A stretch of DNA of 64,000 bases, taken from positions 9,114,001 through 9,178,000 of the forward strand of contig CM114271.1 of the NCBI GenBank assembly GCA_050084515.1, given 5' to 3'. The stretch is from Blasia pusilla (taxonomy: Eukaryota). This document shows, one piece after another, positions 63,858-64,000 of this stretch; positions within the stretch are counted from its first letter, which is position 1; each line of letters begins with the position of its first letter. Both the position numbers and the translations under genes were made by a program. Under the pieces are notes generated by a model. That model saw only the letters and a list, made by a program, of their open reading frames with translations, had not been told where the DNA came from and did no database searches.

Positions 63858-64000
63858 AGCTTTGGTCTTGGGCTCCCTAGCTTCACGCGAAGACGAAGTA
63901 CCCTTCCTTGCCCTTGGGATCCCCGCGGTCTGACTCTTCGACCTCGTGGTGACAGCCAGAACGGTTTCTTGGAACTCTTTGGGCCAGTCCGATGATTCCT

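Larger units (their letters stand above)
58052..64000 (-). mobile_element. Athila-like Ty3/gypsy element (5' part outside window): PR-RT-RNase H-integrase, extra 3' ORF, internally deleted 3' LTR (58508-58052)
   Basis: PR VPIDSRSGINIM; RT FLDD; RNase H YVDTS..EREAL; integrase GIDFVG/SDRG/TEKSN; LTR end homologous to 16186-16640. Confidence 0.9.

Overview
Eukaryotic, transposon-dense window. A bryophyte-like land plant is inferred from the spliceosomal introns, the plant-type zinc-finger host gene and the TE lineages present. One probable host gene (38323-~42448, +) sits among nested, mostly decayed mobile elements: (i) two nested Ty3/gypsy copies of one family (1-11098). Their pol ends in a PHD finger, the copy whose 5' part is visible has a DNMT3-like C5-cytosine methyltransferase between protease and RT, and both have an unusual B-A-B 3' terminus. 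(ii) Three partial copies of a large Mutator-like DNA transposon (11099-18987, ~45900-49318, ~49320-58051). It pairs a DDE/SWIM transposase with a divergent, spliced gene encoding a ParB-like domain and a beta-class N6A/N4C methyltransferase-like domain; its introns and intergenic region are packed with a CAACCCGTC-N7-GACGGGTTG inverted repeat. (iii) An ~8.1 kb P-element-like transposon (25021-33158) carrying tandem PHD fingers. (iv) A chromovirus, two Athila-like gypsy remnants, solo or partial LTRs, an RLE-type non-LTR fragment and microsatellites. All domain calls come from reading motifs by eye, with no database search. Coordinates of degenerate regions are approximate.
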